Source: a virus. Taken from it: a stretch of DNA of 64,000 nt. Positions 55,739 to 64,000 of the stretch are shown here, in pieces. The notes below the pieces were generated by a model, which ran no database searches, was not told the DNA's origin, and worked only from the letters and a program-made list of their open reading frames with translations. Made by a program: the position numbers and the translations under genes. The first letter of the stretch is position 1; the number at the start of each line of letters is the position of its first letter. Location of the stretch: positions 1-64,000 of IMG/VR virus record IMGVR_UViG_3300022932_000017; one strand, written 5' to 3'.

Positions 55739-55741
55739 GTT

Positions 55742-55951
55742 ATGAAATACTACGTTGTAAAACTTAAAGACGATAAAGCAACACAATTTATTAAAACGTG
55801 CGCTTTGAATGATGACGGACTAAGAAACATTATCATGAATGCTTATAACTGTCCCGAATATGCAATAGAGTTTAAAGAGGTGCCATTTAGTTCATGGAGT
55901 ATGGGCGCAAAGTTCTTATTTAACAACACGCCAAGCAATGAAAAATATTAA
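55742..55951 (+). CDS. Hypothetical protein
   Basis: ORF. Confidence 0.6.
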   Translation: MKYYVVKLKDDKATQFIKTCALNDDGLRNIIMNAYNCPEYAIEFKEVPFSSWSMGAKFLFNNTPSNEKY

Positions 55952-56088
55952 AGCACCATCGCAACGATTTACATACGCATTAGCGGCATTATTAGTTATC
56001 GCAGCAGTATTTGTATACCTAATCTTTTAAATGCCTTAAAAGGGCTTAAAATCAATCAAATTATTAACAGTATTTAAAACATATTAAA

Positions 56089-56502
56089 ATGAACAATTCA
56101 GAAACACAAACCGGAGCAATTGACCTACGTAAAAAAACAGAACTACCTTCATTCCATTACACGTTCCAAATAACAAAAAGTATAATGTTTAATGTTTCAT
56201 ATTATAGATTAGGTAATAATAAAAATAAATACTTTGCTACATCTGCCGATTTATTTAATAAACCTAAAAGCGATTGGAGCGAATGCGGTCAAGCTCAAAG
56301 CAACTTGCTAAGTGGGCTATCTATGAAATTCTATAAAAAATGGGATAACTACCACACTCTTGATTTAAGCAAAATTGAATACGATGCACTATTAATAGAT
56401 ATAGAAGCTTTAAAAAACGCTTATAATTTTCTACACACAGACACCGACAATGATTTTAATTTTTCAGATATAAGGACTTTTTCAAAACAAAAAACTAAAT
56501 AA
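56089..56502 (+). CDS. Hypothetical protein
   Basis: ORF. Confidence 0.7.
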   Translation: MNNSETQTGAIDLRKKTELPSFHYTFQITKSIMFNVSYYRLGNNKNKYFATSADLFNKPKSDWSECGQAQSNLLSGLSMKFYKKWDNYHTLDLSKIEYDALLIDIEALKNAYNFLHTDTDNDFNFSDIRTFSKQKTK

Positions 56503-56506
56503 GGGA

Positions 56507-56800
56507 ATGAAATCTAAACTAACCTGCCTTATACTGTTAATGAGTTTATCGGGATTTAGCCAACGTTATAAAAGCATATTAGTAGCTGATGAAACAACAA
56601 TAAAACAATTAAAGTATTCATTCATAGTAAACACTTGCAATGACAGCATTTTTAATCTCATACAGACACGATTTAATGTTAATGTCACTGATTACTACAG
56701 AAAGAAAAGAAAGTCCTTTAAAACGCCTTATTTCGATTACACGATTAGGTTTAGACAAACACAATTAACAGAGGTAGAACAATATTTAAAATCACTATGA
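56507..56800 (+). CDS. Small exported protein
   Basis: MKSKLTCLILLMSLSGFS|Q. Confidence 0.7.
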   Translation: MKSKLTCLILLMSLSGFSQRYKSILVADETTIKQLKYSFIVNTCNDSIFNLIQTRFNVNVTDYYRKKRKSFKTPYFDYTIRFRQTQLTEVEQYLKSL

Positions 56801-57051
56801 AAACTGAATGGCATAATGCATATATAACTGACAAAACAGGGGCAAAACTATTTTGCGCAAACGCAACCGGATTTGGCATACAATCAGAGTTAAAGAATTT
56901 ACAGCGCCACATTAATAATGCAAAAAGTAATCCAGAGCATTACAGATTTTTAGATTTAGAAACGGCACATATAATTTTAGATGGTGAAAGATACGGCACC
57001 GCACTTAATGACATTTTAGATGATGACCTTCTTAATCAATTGCTAGGATAA
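56797..57051 (+). CDS. Hypothetical protein
   Basis: ATGA overlap. Confidence 0.65.
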   Translation: MKTEWHNAYITDKTGAKLFCANATGFGIQSELKNLQRHINNAKSNPEHYRFLDLETAHIILDGERYGTALNDILDDDLLNQLLG

Positions 57052-57057
57052 AACATA

Positions 57058-57376
57058 TTCCCTAATTGCGCTTAATCCGTCATCGCACCGGATAGGGAAC
57101 CAACACAAAACATATAGTGTATAAATGTATGTCGTATTGCAATGTTACGTCATTGCACGTGTGCTAACGAAAAAGCTAGGGATATGATGCACTAAACCCA
57201 AATCAAAACTATGTGCCGTTAAAACGTCTGTAATGGACAGTATCCTAAAGAGAAATAAGGAGAAAGCGCAACACTCGGAATCGTGTCTAAGGTAATACCG
57301 TAACACCCGTAAAAATATGTAATGATACTACGCTATGCGTAAAGGTTGCAAGTCCTTGTAAAATTCAGAGCACATA
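57058..57376 (+). ncRNA. Candidate structured ncRNA(s)
   Basis: ~340-nt gap lacking long ORFs, dense in hairpins, with a minihelix-like element and a long-range closing stem. Confidence 0.45.
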
Positions 57377-57394
57377 AATGGAAACATAAAACAA

Positions 57395-57604
57395 ATGAAT
57401 ATGGAAGGAATCAATTTAAATACTGTGTATATGGTTTATTGTTTAAAAAATGAATCAATTGCATTAATTACCGAATCAGAGACAACAGCAAAATCAATGG
57501 TTTTTAATGATAATGGTTTAGAGTATTCAATCTACCCTCCATTTACATTTGTCTCTAACAAAGTGCAACCGCAGCTTTACGAAACTACATTATTAGAATA
57601 TTAA
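57395..57604 (+). CDS. Hypothetical protein
   Basis: ORF. Confidence 0.55.
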   Translation: MNMEGINLNTVYMVYCLKNESIALITESETTAKSMVFNDNGLEYSIYPPFTFVSNKVQPQLYETTLLEY

Positions 57605-57617
57605 CAAACGTTGTATT

Positions 57618-58289
57618 ATGAGTTATAAATCATATTGGTTTTTTACAGCCGGAATAAATAAGACTTTAATAGTAAAAAAAGGAACAAAACAATGGATAGA
57701 ATACAATATCCAAGAAACAGAGGAGACTCTAAACATTGAGAGGGAGAAATATATGGACAATCCTGTACGGTGGAAATGGAGCGATTACAAGGACATTAAA
57801 AATGAAATTCTATGTGAAGTAGCTGAAAGGCATAATAATTTCACTAAGAGGCTATACGATCGCATAAATGAATGTCAAAAAAATATACCTACTGAATTTG
57901 AAGAGATAACACCATCCGATTTTGCTGAATACCTACCTGCACTATCCACAATAACAGTGCCCCCTGAAAGATGGACAGGAGATTATTATACTGAACAAAT
58001 GAATGTTATGTATAGGGTAATGCGAGGCCAAGGAGAGGACGATGGAATTTATTTAGATGCTCCTAAATTATCCATCAAACAAGCTGCGGGAGTTATAAGA
58101 CTTTTTAGTGAATACCTAGATAAGGATGATAGGCGCTTAGATGTACCTAAAGGACATGATTATTTAGCATCAAGTTATGATGGTGGCTATGAATGGTGTG
58201 AAAAATGTGGTGCCATAACTTATGATGACTCGTTATCATGTAGAACTAGAAAATGTCCACTAATTAAAGAGTATAACCGAAACGATTAA
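57618..58289 (+). CDS. Hypothetical protein with C-terminal Cys cluster
   Basis: WCEKCG...C...CP. Confidence 0.7.
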   Translation: MSYKSYWFFTAGINKTLIVKKGTKQWIEYNIQETEETLNIEREKYMDNPVRWKWSDYKDIKNEILCEVAERHNNFTKRLYDRINECQKNIPTEFEEITPSDFAEYLPALSTITVPPERWTGDYYTEQMNVMYRVMRGQGEDDGIYLDAPKLSIKQAAGVIRLFSEYLDKDDRRLDVPKGHDYLASSYDGGYEWCEKCGAITYDDSLSCRTRKCPLIKEYNRND

Positions 58290-58561
58290 TCAAATGGAAA
58301 CTATACTATTCCTTACCCTCCCTATCATTCTATTAATACTAATTGCTTTGTTTGCTGATTGGCTGACAGAATGGCTTCCTAAATGGTGGGCTAAACATTT
58401 TAACGATTAAAAATTAGAACAAATGAAAAACACAAAATTCAGAGAAACACAACTAAAGCTAATTGAAAAATACCTCAAACAACCTAAACCGCCTATGATA
58501 AAGATTCATTCCGGCTCTATGGCGCTGCGGTATTCTATGAAAGTATTACTTCACCCCAATA

Positions 58562-58969
58562 TTGACCAATTATATTTATAAGGATATGGAAAACACATTA
58601 GAAAATAAAGCGAAGTTCTTTGCTCAATATTGGAATCAAGATTGCTTTTTTTGTGGCAGACCAGAACAAAAAGAACCTTACAAAGTGTATCACTATCAAG
58701 GTATTCTTGAAAAATATCCGGACATATCTTATTTGCATCTTAAACCACTATCATCAATTACAGATGAAGATGCTAATGCAATAACGATTTATGGTCTATA
58801 TTCAAAAGGTAGATTTAATGAGGTAGGATATGATACCCCATCAGGTTTTCAGCGCTATTCTAGCGATAGCATAGACTTTATTCGTTCACGTGGATATGCA
58901 ATTAGATACTTAGGCTTATCAGTAGAAAAAATGATTGAGTATGGATGGATTAAGCTTCAAGAAGTATGA
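58562..58969 (+). CDS. Conserved phage protein (ENKAKFFAQYW...LKPLSSITDEDA; start probably 58586)
   Basis: Recognisable motif pattern. Confidence 0.7.
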   Translation: MTNYIYKDMENTLENKAKFFAQYWNQDCFFCGRPEQKEPYKVYHYQGILEKYPDISYLHLKPLSSITDEDANAITIYGLYSKGRFNEVGYDTPSGFQRYSSDSIDFIRSRGYAIRYLGLSVEKMIEYGWIKLQEV

Positions 58970-59067
58970 TAACCCTATTAATATGCTTATATATCTGCCT
59001 ATTGGATATACTAAGCGACTGCGAAGAACTAGACCCTAACGATACTAACTTTTAAACTTAAAAATAA

Positions 59068-59412
59068 ATGAAAAGCATAAAACAAATAATAGAACAATTA
59101 GAGTTCTGTAAATTCACAGATGAACATGGACATCCGTTAGAGAATAATGTTGCATTCATGTCTTTAAAAACACTTGAAAACAGAACTTTACTACCTGAAT
59201 ATGCTGCCGGAGATATTGTGTACTTTATGCACAAAGAAAAAATAACTAAAGCTAAAATCACTAGCTCACAAATTTTCAATTGCAATTCTAATCAAGCTAA
59301 GATACAATATACGGCAGAAGATTTTAACAATCCTGTAACGTGGATTGACTATCAATACTTAAATCCAAATCAATTGTTCAGTTCTAAAACGGCATTAATT
59401 GAATCACTATAA
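59068..59412 (+). CDS. Hypothetical protein
   Basis: ORF. Confidence 0.65.
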   Translation: MKSIKQIIEQLEFCKFTDEHGHPLENNVAFMSLKTLENRTLLPEYAAGDIVYFMHKEKITKAKITSSQIFNCNSNQAKIQYTAEDFNNPVTWIDYQYLNPNQLFSSKTALIESL

Positions 59413-59689
59413 CATGGAAAAAGATTTATTACCCGAACACTACACTTACAAAAATCAACCTTACTACAAAGGTGATGGAGTGTTAAACGTTACACAGCTT
59501 GAAACATTAGCTAAGGATTTTACAGAATATGTACATCAGCAAGCAATTATAAAAGACAAGTTGATAAAAGCGTTGAATGAGATTAACGATATTGATACAT
59601 CTTATGAAAAGTCAATTAATGACACATGGATTAGAGGCAGATCTAGCGGAGTATTAAAATGTCAAAAAATAGCACAAGAAGTACTTTAA
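59399..59689 (+). CDS. Hypothetical protein (start probably 59414)
   Basis: ORF. Confidence 0.6.
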   Translation: MNHYNMEKDLLPEHYTYKNQPYYKGDGVLNVTQLETLAKDFTEYVHQQAIIKDKLIKALNEINDIDTSYEKSINDTWIRGRSSGVLKCQKIAQEVL

Positions 59690-59892
59690 ATAAAAACAAC
59701 ATGGAAACTAACACACGTATAAGCCTCACTAAGGCATTAAAAAACAACAACAGCATAATTGACTTGCTTACTAAAGATAAGACCAGAGAGCAAGGCATTG
59801 CGCTTCTAAGCGAGAAATCAAATGTATCTGTTAACTTTCTTACTATTCACTTTGCAGAGGTAAGGAGAATGGTATTTGAATTAAGTATGTAG
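59659..59892 (+). CDS. Hypothetical protein (start probably 59701)
   Basis: ORF. Confidence 0.6.
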   Translation: MSKNSTRSTLNKNNMETNTRISLTKALKNNNSIIDLLTKDKTREQGIALLSEKSNVSVNFLTIHFAEVRRMVFELSM

Positions 59893-59897
59893 GGATT

Positions 59898-60116
59898 ATG
59901 GGAAAATTAAGTGAAATGCCAGAAATTGTAGATGTAGCGAAAGACTTATTAGCACACAGACCAGATTGTCACGAGACAGCACAAGTAATTTACAACAAAC
60001 TAATGAGCATGTCTCAAAATATGTGCGTATACGTAATGCTTGCTGCGTATGAAGCTCAAAAAGAAGAAGCGGAACGGCATAAAAAAGCATTAGAAGTTTA
60101 TTTAAACAACAGATAA
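59898..60116 (+). CDS. Hypothetical protein
   Basis: ORF. Confidence 0.6.
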   Translation: MGKLSEMPEIVDVAKDLLAHRPDCHETAQVIYNKLMSMSQNMCVYVMLAAYEAQKEEAERHKKALEVYLNNR

Positions 60117-60120
60117 GAAG

Positions 60121-60468
60121 ATGAAGGATTTTGTAGAACAGGAGATTGCAATCAGAATTGCTCAAAACATAAGGTCAGAAAGATTAAAGCAGGGGATTAA
60201 AGCCGTAGATATGGCAGACCTTTTAGGTATTAGTGCCCCAAGCTATTCTCAACTTGAAACAGGTAACATTCTATTTAGCGTAGAACGTATTCTTAAAGTA
60301 TGTCAGGCATTACAAGTGCCATTACATGCAATAATTGAACATGAGCTAGTACCTAAGATAGATGAAGAGATTGAAAGGCTTAAACAGCAAGCGGTAAGGG
60401 ATAAGGAATTGATTATTGATTTACAGAACAGACTTTTGAAAGAGAGTCGAAAAAAGAAACTATTATGA
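60121..60468 (+). CDS. XRE-family HTH transcriptional regulator
   Basis: NIRSERLKQGI..DMADLLGIS..SYSQLETG...VCQALQV. Confidence 0.9.
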   Translation: MKDFVEQEIAIRIAQNIRSERLKQGIKAVDMADLLGISAPSYSQLETGNILFSVERILKVCQALQVPLHAIIEHELVPKIDEEIERLKQQAVRDKELIIDLQNRLLKESRKKKLL

Positions 60469-60722
60469 ATATAGCAGAAGCACAAGCGTTACGATATGGC
60501 GCACAAATAGTGAAGACATATCCAGATTGGATACCAACATCTGAAAGATTGCCAGAAAGTAATACTACGGTGTTAGTAGTAGCCAATAAAGGCTCTATTT
60601 TTATGATGTATTTTGGATTAGGGAATAGCGGTGTTGATGAATGGTTTCACAACGATTGTGAGATTAGGCCTTATATGATTCCTAAATATTGGATGCCATT
60701 ACCCGAATTGCCCAAAGAATAG
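60465..60722 (+). CDS. DUF551-like protein
   Basis: WIPTSERLPE...YWMPLPELP. Confidence 0.85.
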   Translation: MNIAEAQALRYGAQIVKTYPDWIPTSERLPESNTTVLVVANKGSIFMMYFGLGNSGVDEWFHNDCEIRPYMIPKYWMPLPELPKE

Positions 60723-60725
60723 AAT

Positions 60726-60893
60726 ATGTCAAAGCATGATAAACAAACCGCTCAATTCGGCAAGTACAAAGGCAAGCTAATTTCATGGATATTAGAAAAT
60801 GACCCTGCTTATGCTGAATGGTTAGCTAAAAGATCTAACTCCAAAACTAAATCTAAAAGAGCAGCACAATCATTATTAGATAAATCAAAATGA
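60726..60893 (+). CDS. 55-aa FGKYKG-motif protein (DUF3820/ExoX C-terminal-like), not in ORF track
   Basis: QFGKYKGKLISWILENDPAYAEWL. Confidence 0.7.
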   Translation: MSKHDKQTAQFGKYKGKLISWILENDPAYAEWLAKRSNSKTKSKRAAQSLLDKSK

Positions 60894-61009
60894 GTAAACA
60901 GAAATACTACCCCATAAGCGAAATAGTACTCGCTATATTAGGTTTATTAGCTTTGATCGTACTACTAGACTACTTTAAAATTATTCACCTCACACATTAA
61001 AATTATGAA

Positions 61010-61627
61010 ATGAGAACAAGAAGAAGATTTCAAGAAGATAGCCCAGAAGAAGTCAAGGCTGCTTTTATTAGCAAGTTCAACTACAATCCAATAAGCGGAG
61101 AGATAACAAATACTTTAAGCGGTAGATTTTATTTGAAATTGAACAAAAAGAAGTATAGACAGGAATTATCTGTTGGACTTAACAAAGTCGAACACTGCGT
61201 TAACTATCATAGATTATGTTGGTTCTTACATTACAATCAAATTGTACCTGATGACATGCAAATAGACCACATAAATAACGTTAAGGATGATAACAGGATA
61301 GTCAATCTACGTATTTGCTCGAATCAAGATAATGCAAAGAAGCAACTACTAAGAATGGACAATAAAACCGGATACAAAGGTGTATCATATTGCTATGATG
61401 TAAATCAACAAGGCAAAATTTATTACTATTATACTGCCGCTATCGGACTAGATAAAAAACCAACTAAAATTGGAAGATTTAAAGATCCTATAGAAGCAGC
61501 AAAGTTTTACGATTCAGCAGCTAGATATTATTTCGAAACATTCTCTAAGTGCAACTTTGAAGAAGAGTTTATACCGCCAATGTCAGTTGAGGAACTAAGA
61601 ATCCTAAAGAAACAAAAGAAATTATAA
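61010..61627 (+). CDS. HNH homing endonuclease with AP2 domain
   Basis: HRLCW, IDHINNVKDDNRIVNLR, NKTGYKGV, IGRF..PIEAAKFYD. Confidence 0.9.
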   Translation: MRTRRRFQEDSPEEVKAAFISKFNYNPISGEITNTLSGRFYLKLNKKKYRQELSVGLNKVEHCVNYHRLCWFLHYNQIVPDDMQIDHINNVKDDNRIVNLRICSNQDNAKKQLLRMDNKTGYKGVSYCYDVNQQGKIYYYYTAAIGLDKKPTKIGRFKDPIEAAKFYDSAARYYFETFSKCNFEEEFIPPMSVEELRILKKQKKL

Positions 61628-61802
61628 CAGACATGGAAGACAACCTAAAAGTATTAAGAGGCAAAATAGAAGCACTTATTGTCGATTTAGATGCCGATGA
61701 AAAGGCTGAACTCAACAAACCTAATTCTGACTTTACAGAACTAGTTAGTATCACTTCTAAAATAAATGCCTACCGAACAGTAATCAACTTATTATACGAG
61801 CT

Positions 61803-62132
61803 ATGAAAGGAAAACCAATAACCTTCACCCGTAATATTAACGGAGAGGACGTAGAAATAGACGATGGATATGAGACTACTTGGGATGATTTTGATGAAGA
61901 CTATCCTGATGATACAGAAAGTCGCTTAGAACTGCTTAAAATCATTAATACATGTCATTTATTCTACAGTACAACAATAACAGAACACTTTCCTCTTAGA
62001 AGTCAATTTAAAGATATGTTGATATGTCATTGCGAACAGAAGCTGTTCGATGTTGAGTTTAGTGAACAAGCTAAAAGAGAGATTAGCACAGTAGGAGAAT
62101 TAATTGATTACCTTATAGAACAAGGAGTATGA
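61803..62132 (+). CDS. Acyl-carrier-protein-like domain protein with acidic N-terminus
   Basis: EQKLFDVEFSEQAKREISTVGELIDYL resembles ACP helices II-IV. Confidence 0.6.
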   Translation: MKGKPITFTRNINGEDVEIDDGYETTWDDFDEDYPDDTESRLELLKIINTCHLFYSTTITEHFPLRSQFKDMLICHCEQKLFDVEFSEQAKREISTVGELIDYLIEQGV

Positions 62133-62398
62133 AAAAGACACAATATAAATGGACGGTACAACCAGATAGTCCACACACAATTGCCGTAACAGATGGAGAA
62201 CGGGATATATGTATTGTAGAATGCAAAGGCGATGTATTGAGCGAAGAAGATTGAAATATTGCACGATTAATAAGCGCTGATCCCGATTTATTTAAAGCAG
62301 CGTATGAATTTGTAGCAAAGGTTGATAATGGGCAAGCAAAGTCCGTAGACAGCTACAGTAAATTTAAAGCAGCTATTAAAAAAGCGATGTTAACATGA
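62129..62398 (+). pseudogene. Phage NARLIAAAPDL-type gene interrupted by in-frame TGA (62252-62254)
   Basis: ...LSEED*NIARLISADPDLFKAA...; ATGA coupling at both outer ends. Confidence 0.7.
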
Positions 62399-62540
62399 CA
62401 CCAATGTTTAGGCAACCCCGATCAAAGTTTGTCCGCAAACTACCAATGCAACAGAAACTAGTCACCCAAGACGGAGAAGTATATAACTATAGCTTTAAGG
62501 GCGGACTACACTTTATATTTTCACACTTTATTAAATAACA

Positions 62541-63266
62541 ATGGAAACTAACAAAGAATATTTACAACGATTATTGCCCCTTCTAAAGAAGGAGATACCT
62601 TCACAATGGAGGGTACAAAGCTACTCTAAGAACAAGCCTATTGCTACGGTAATGAGTTACATCGACCAAAGAGATTTAATGGATGTACTAGACGCTTATT
62701 GCGATTATGGATGGGAAAAGAGATACGAAGAGGTTGCCGGAAATGTATTCTGCTCGATTGGCATACACATGCCTGATGGTACAACTCATTGGAGAAGTGA
62801 TTGCGGAGTAGAAAGCCAGTCAGATGCCGAAAAAGGGCGTGCAAGTGATGCAGCTAAAAGGGCAGGTGTTAATTGGGGTGTTGGGAGGTTCTTATATGAC
62901 AAGAAAATACAATATGTACCAACTAATGTTAAAAAAGAAGGAAATAACTATCCGTATTGCATAGACGAACAAGGTAAACAGATTTGGGACTTGACTACCT
63001 ACATTAACAACAAGAATCCGAATGCTCCTAAAGCACCTGTTAGCGTAGCAGAACCTACAATTGACCAAAAGGTTCAACAAATGAATCCTGCTAAGTCACC
63101 ATTAACCGAAGAAAAATTAAAGCAATACAAAGAGGCTATTGATAAAATAGTATCAGCTACAGGCTTAACAGGGTATTACAACTCACTTGCCGCAGATGTA
63201 CAGGCAAATAAAACAGTACAACAGTATTTAAAAGACAAACGTGATTCACTTAAAGCTAAAGCATAA
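62541..63266 (+). CDS. Rad52/Sak-like single-strand annealing protein
   Basis: QWRVQS, YIDQRDLMDVLD, RSDCG, EKGRASDAAKRAGVNWGVGRFLY. Confidence 0.9.
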   Translation: METNKEYLQRLLPLLKKEIPSQWRVQSYSKNKPIATVMSYIDQRDLMDVLDAYCDYGWEKRYEEVAGNVFCSIGIHMPDGTTHWRSDCGVESQSDAEKGRASDAAKRAGVNWGVGRFLYDKKIQYVPTNVKKEGNNYPYCIDEQGKQIWDLTTYINNKNPNAPKAPVSVAEPTIDQKVQQMNPAKSPLTEEKLKQYKEAIDKIVSATGLTGYYNSLAADVQANKTVQQYLKDKRDSLKAKA

Positions 63267-63757
63267 TGGAAGAGAACATTGAACACAAACTACAGAATGA
63301 GCTACAGGTAAATACCGTAGGCTTATTAAAAGCAAGTAAATCGGATATAGCCAATATCGTTAAAGACGTAATGTATAACGTTAATGAAGGCTACGTAGAT
63401 AAATTAGATTCTTACATCTTCGCTAAGAAGCTAGAAACATTAGCAAAAGACTTAGTTAAGAAGCTAAAGCCTCTAGCGGAAGAAACACCAATCAATAAAG
63501 GATTCGTAAAGCATAACGTTGCCATTACAGAGGGTAATAAAGGCGTATCATGGGATTATTCAGAAACAGGAGACGTTGTACTGCCGGAACTATTAAGAAA
63601 GCAGGAAGAGCTTAAAAAGGAGATTGAGAACAGGCATAAGTTCTTACAGACTATAACCAAACCTACTCCTTTAATTGATCCTGATTCAGGAGAGGTATAT
63701 ACGGTAAATCCTCCTATTAAATCTGGTTCATTGGGATTCACTCTAAATATTCAGTAA
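63266..63757 (+). CDS. Conserved phage protein coupled to the recombinase
   Basis: TAATG coupling; WDYSETGD, IDPDSGEV..VNPP. Confidence 0.7.
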   Translation: MEENIEHKLQNELQVNTVGLLKASKSDIANIVKDVMYNVNEGYVDKLDSYIFAKKLETLAKDLVKKLKPLAEETPINKGFVKHNVAITEGNKGVSWDYSETGDVVLPELLRKQEELKKEIENRHKFLQTITKPTPLIDPDSGEVYTVNPPIKSGSLGFTLNIQ

Positions 63758-63937
63758 ATGAAATTCAGCAAAATAATAGCAACTAACAAAGGCACTCAAG
63801 AGAATTTAACGTTCTACTTCATCCTTGTAGGTAACAGTGTAAATCTTCTACCTATACATACCGATACAGAGCCTTTTAAATATGAGAGCATACATTATAT
63901 GCTTGAAGAGTGGATTAACATAACTAAATTTTAGATC

Positions 63938-64000
63938 ATGGACAAAATAAGATTATTAGCTATTGACCAAGCAAGTGCTTGTGGATGGGCTACAGCGAAT
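63938..64000 (+). CDS. RuvC-like resolvase, truncated by window end
   Basis: MDKIRLLAIDQASACGWA fits the first RNase H-fold strand with catalytic Asp. Confidence 0.55.
   Translation, partial: MDKIRLLAIDQASACGWATAN

Larger units (their letters stand above)
1..64000. mobile_element. Tailed (podovirus-like) phage or prophage genome segment, probable Bacteroidota host
   Basis: Terminase-portal-scaffold-capsid-tail-lysis order, dense small ORFs, TAnnTTTG promoters, no host housekeeping genes. Confidence 0.96.

Noticed and set aside
57058-57376. Canonical tRNA or tmRNA
   Set aside because: No cloverleaf, anticodon arm or GTTCRA T-loop
1-64000. Stop-codon reassignment as in some crAss-like phages
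   Set aside because: Long genes are intact in the standard code; TGA and TAG both end genes at coupled junctions; only one internal TGA was seen

Overview
The whole window is a tailed dsDNA phage or prophage with low GC (visually about one third). It most likely infects a Bacteroidota host: TAnnTTTG promoter elements occur throughout and four signal peptides are followed by Gln. No host genes, integrase, canonical tRNA, CRISPR array, DNA polymerase or RNA polymerase were seen. A ~1.1 kb non-coding divergence point (53.8-54.9 kb) separates two arms. The rightward arm holds small early-type genes, a Rad52/Sak-like recombinase and a RuvC-like gene, and 1-4.5 kb (dUTPase, DnaA domain IV-like protein) has the same orientation. 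The long leftward arm carries replication genes (RepL-like, HTH initiator, DnaB-like helicase), an N4/N6 methyltransferase and a podovirus morphogenesis block resembling crAss-like and related Bacteroidota phages (terminase, portal, scaffold, capsid, three ring proteins, nozzle, ejection proteins, fibres). A lysis block follows. Main leads: (1) a giant putative ejection protein carrying ParB/Srx-like and FtsK-gamma-like domains, whose likely N-terminus sits in another frame across a G9 tract; (2) fibre-like proteins with Sec signal peptides; (3) an in-frame LAGLIDADG insertion without intein motifs in the methyltransferase, flanked by a degenerate duplication; (4) a split nozzle gene; (5) ACP-like and Tad2/DUF2829-like proteins; (6) structured non-coding elements, including a four-tetrad G-quadruplex motif. 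All family calls come from motif recognition by eye, not database searches.
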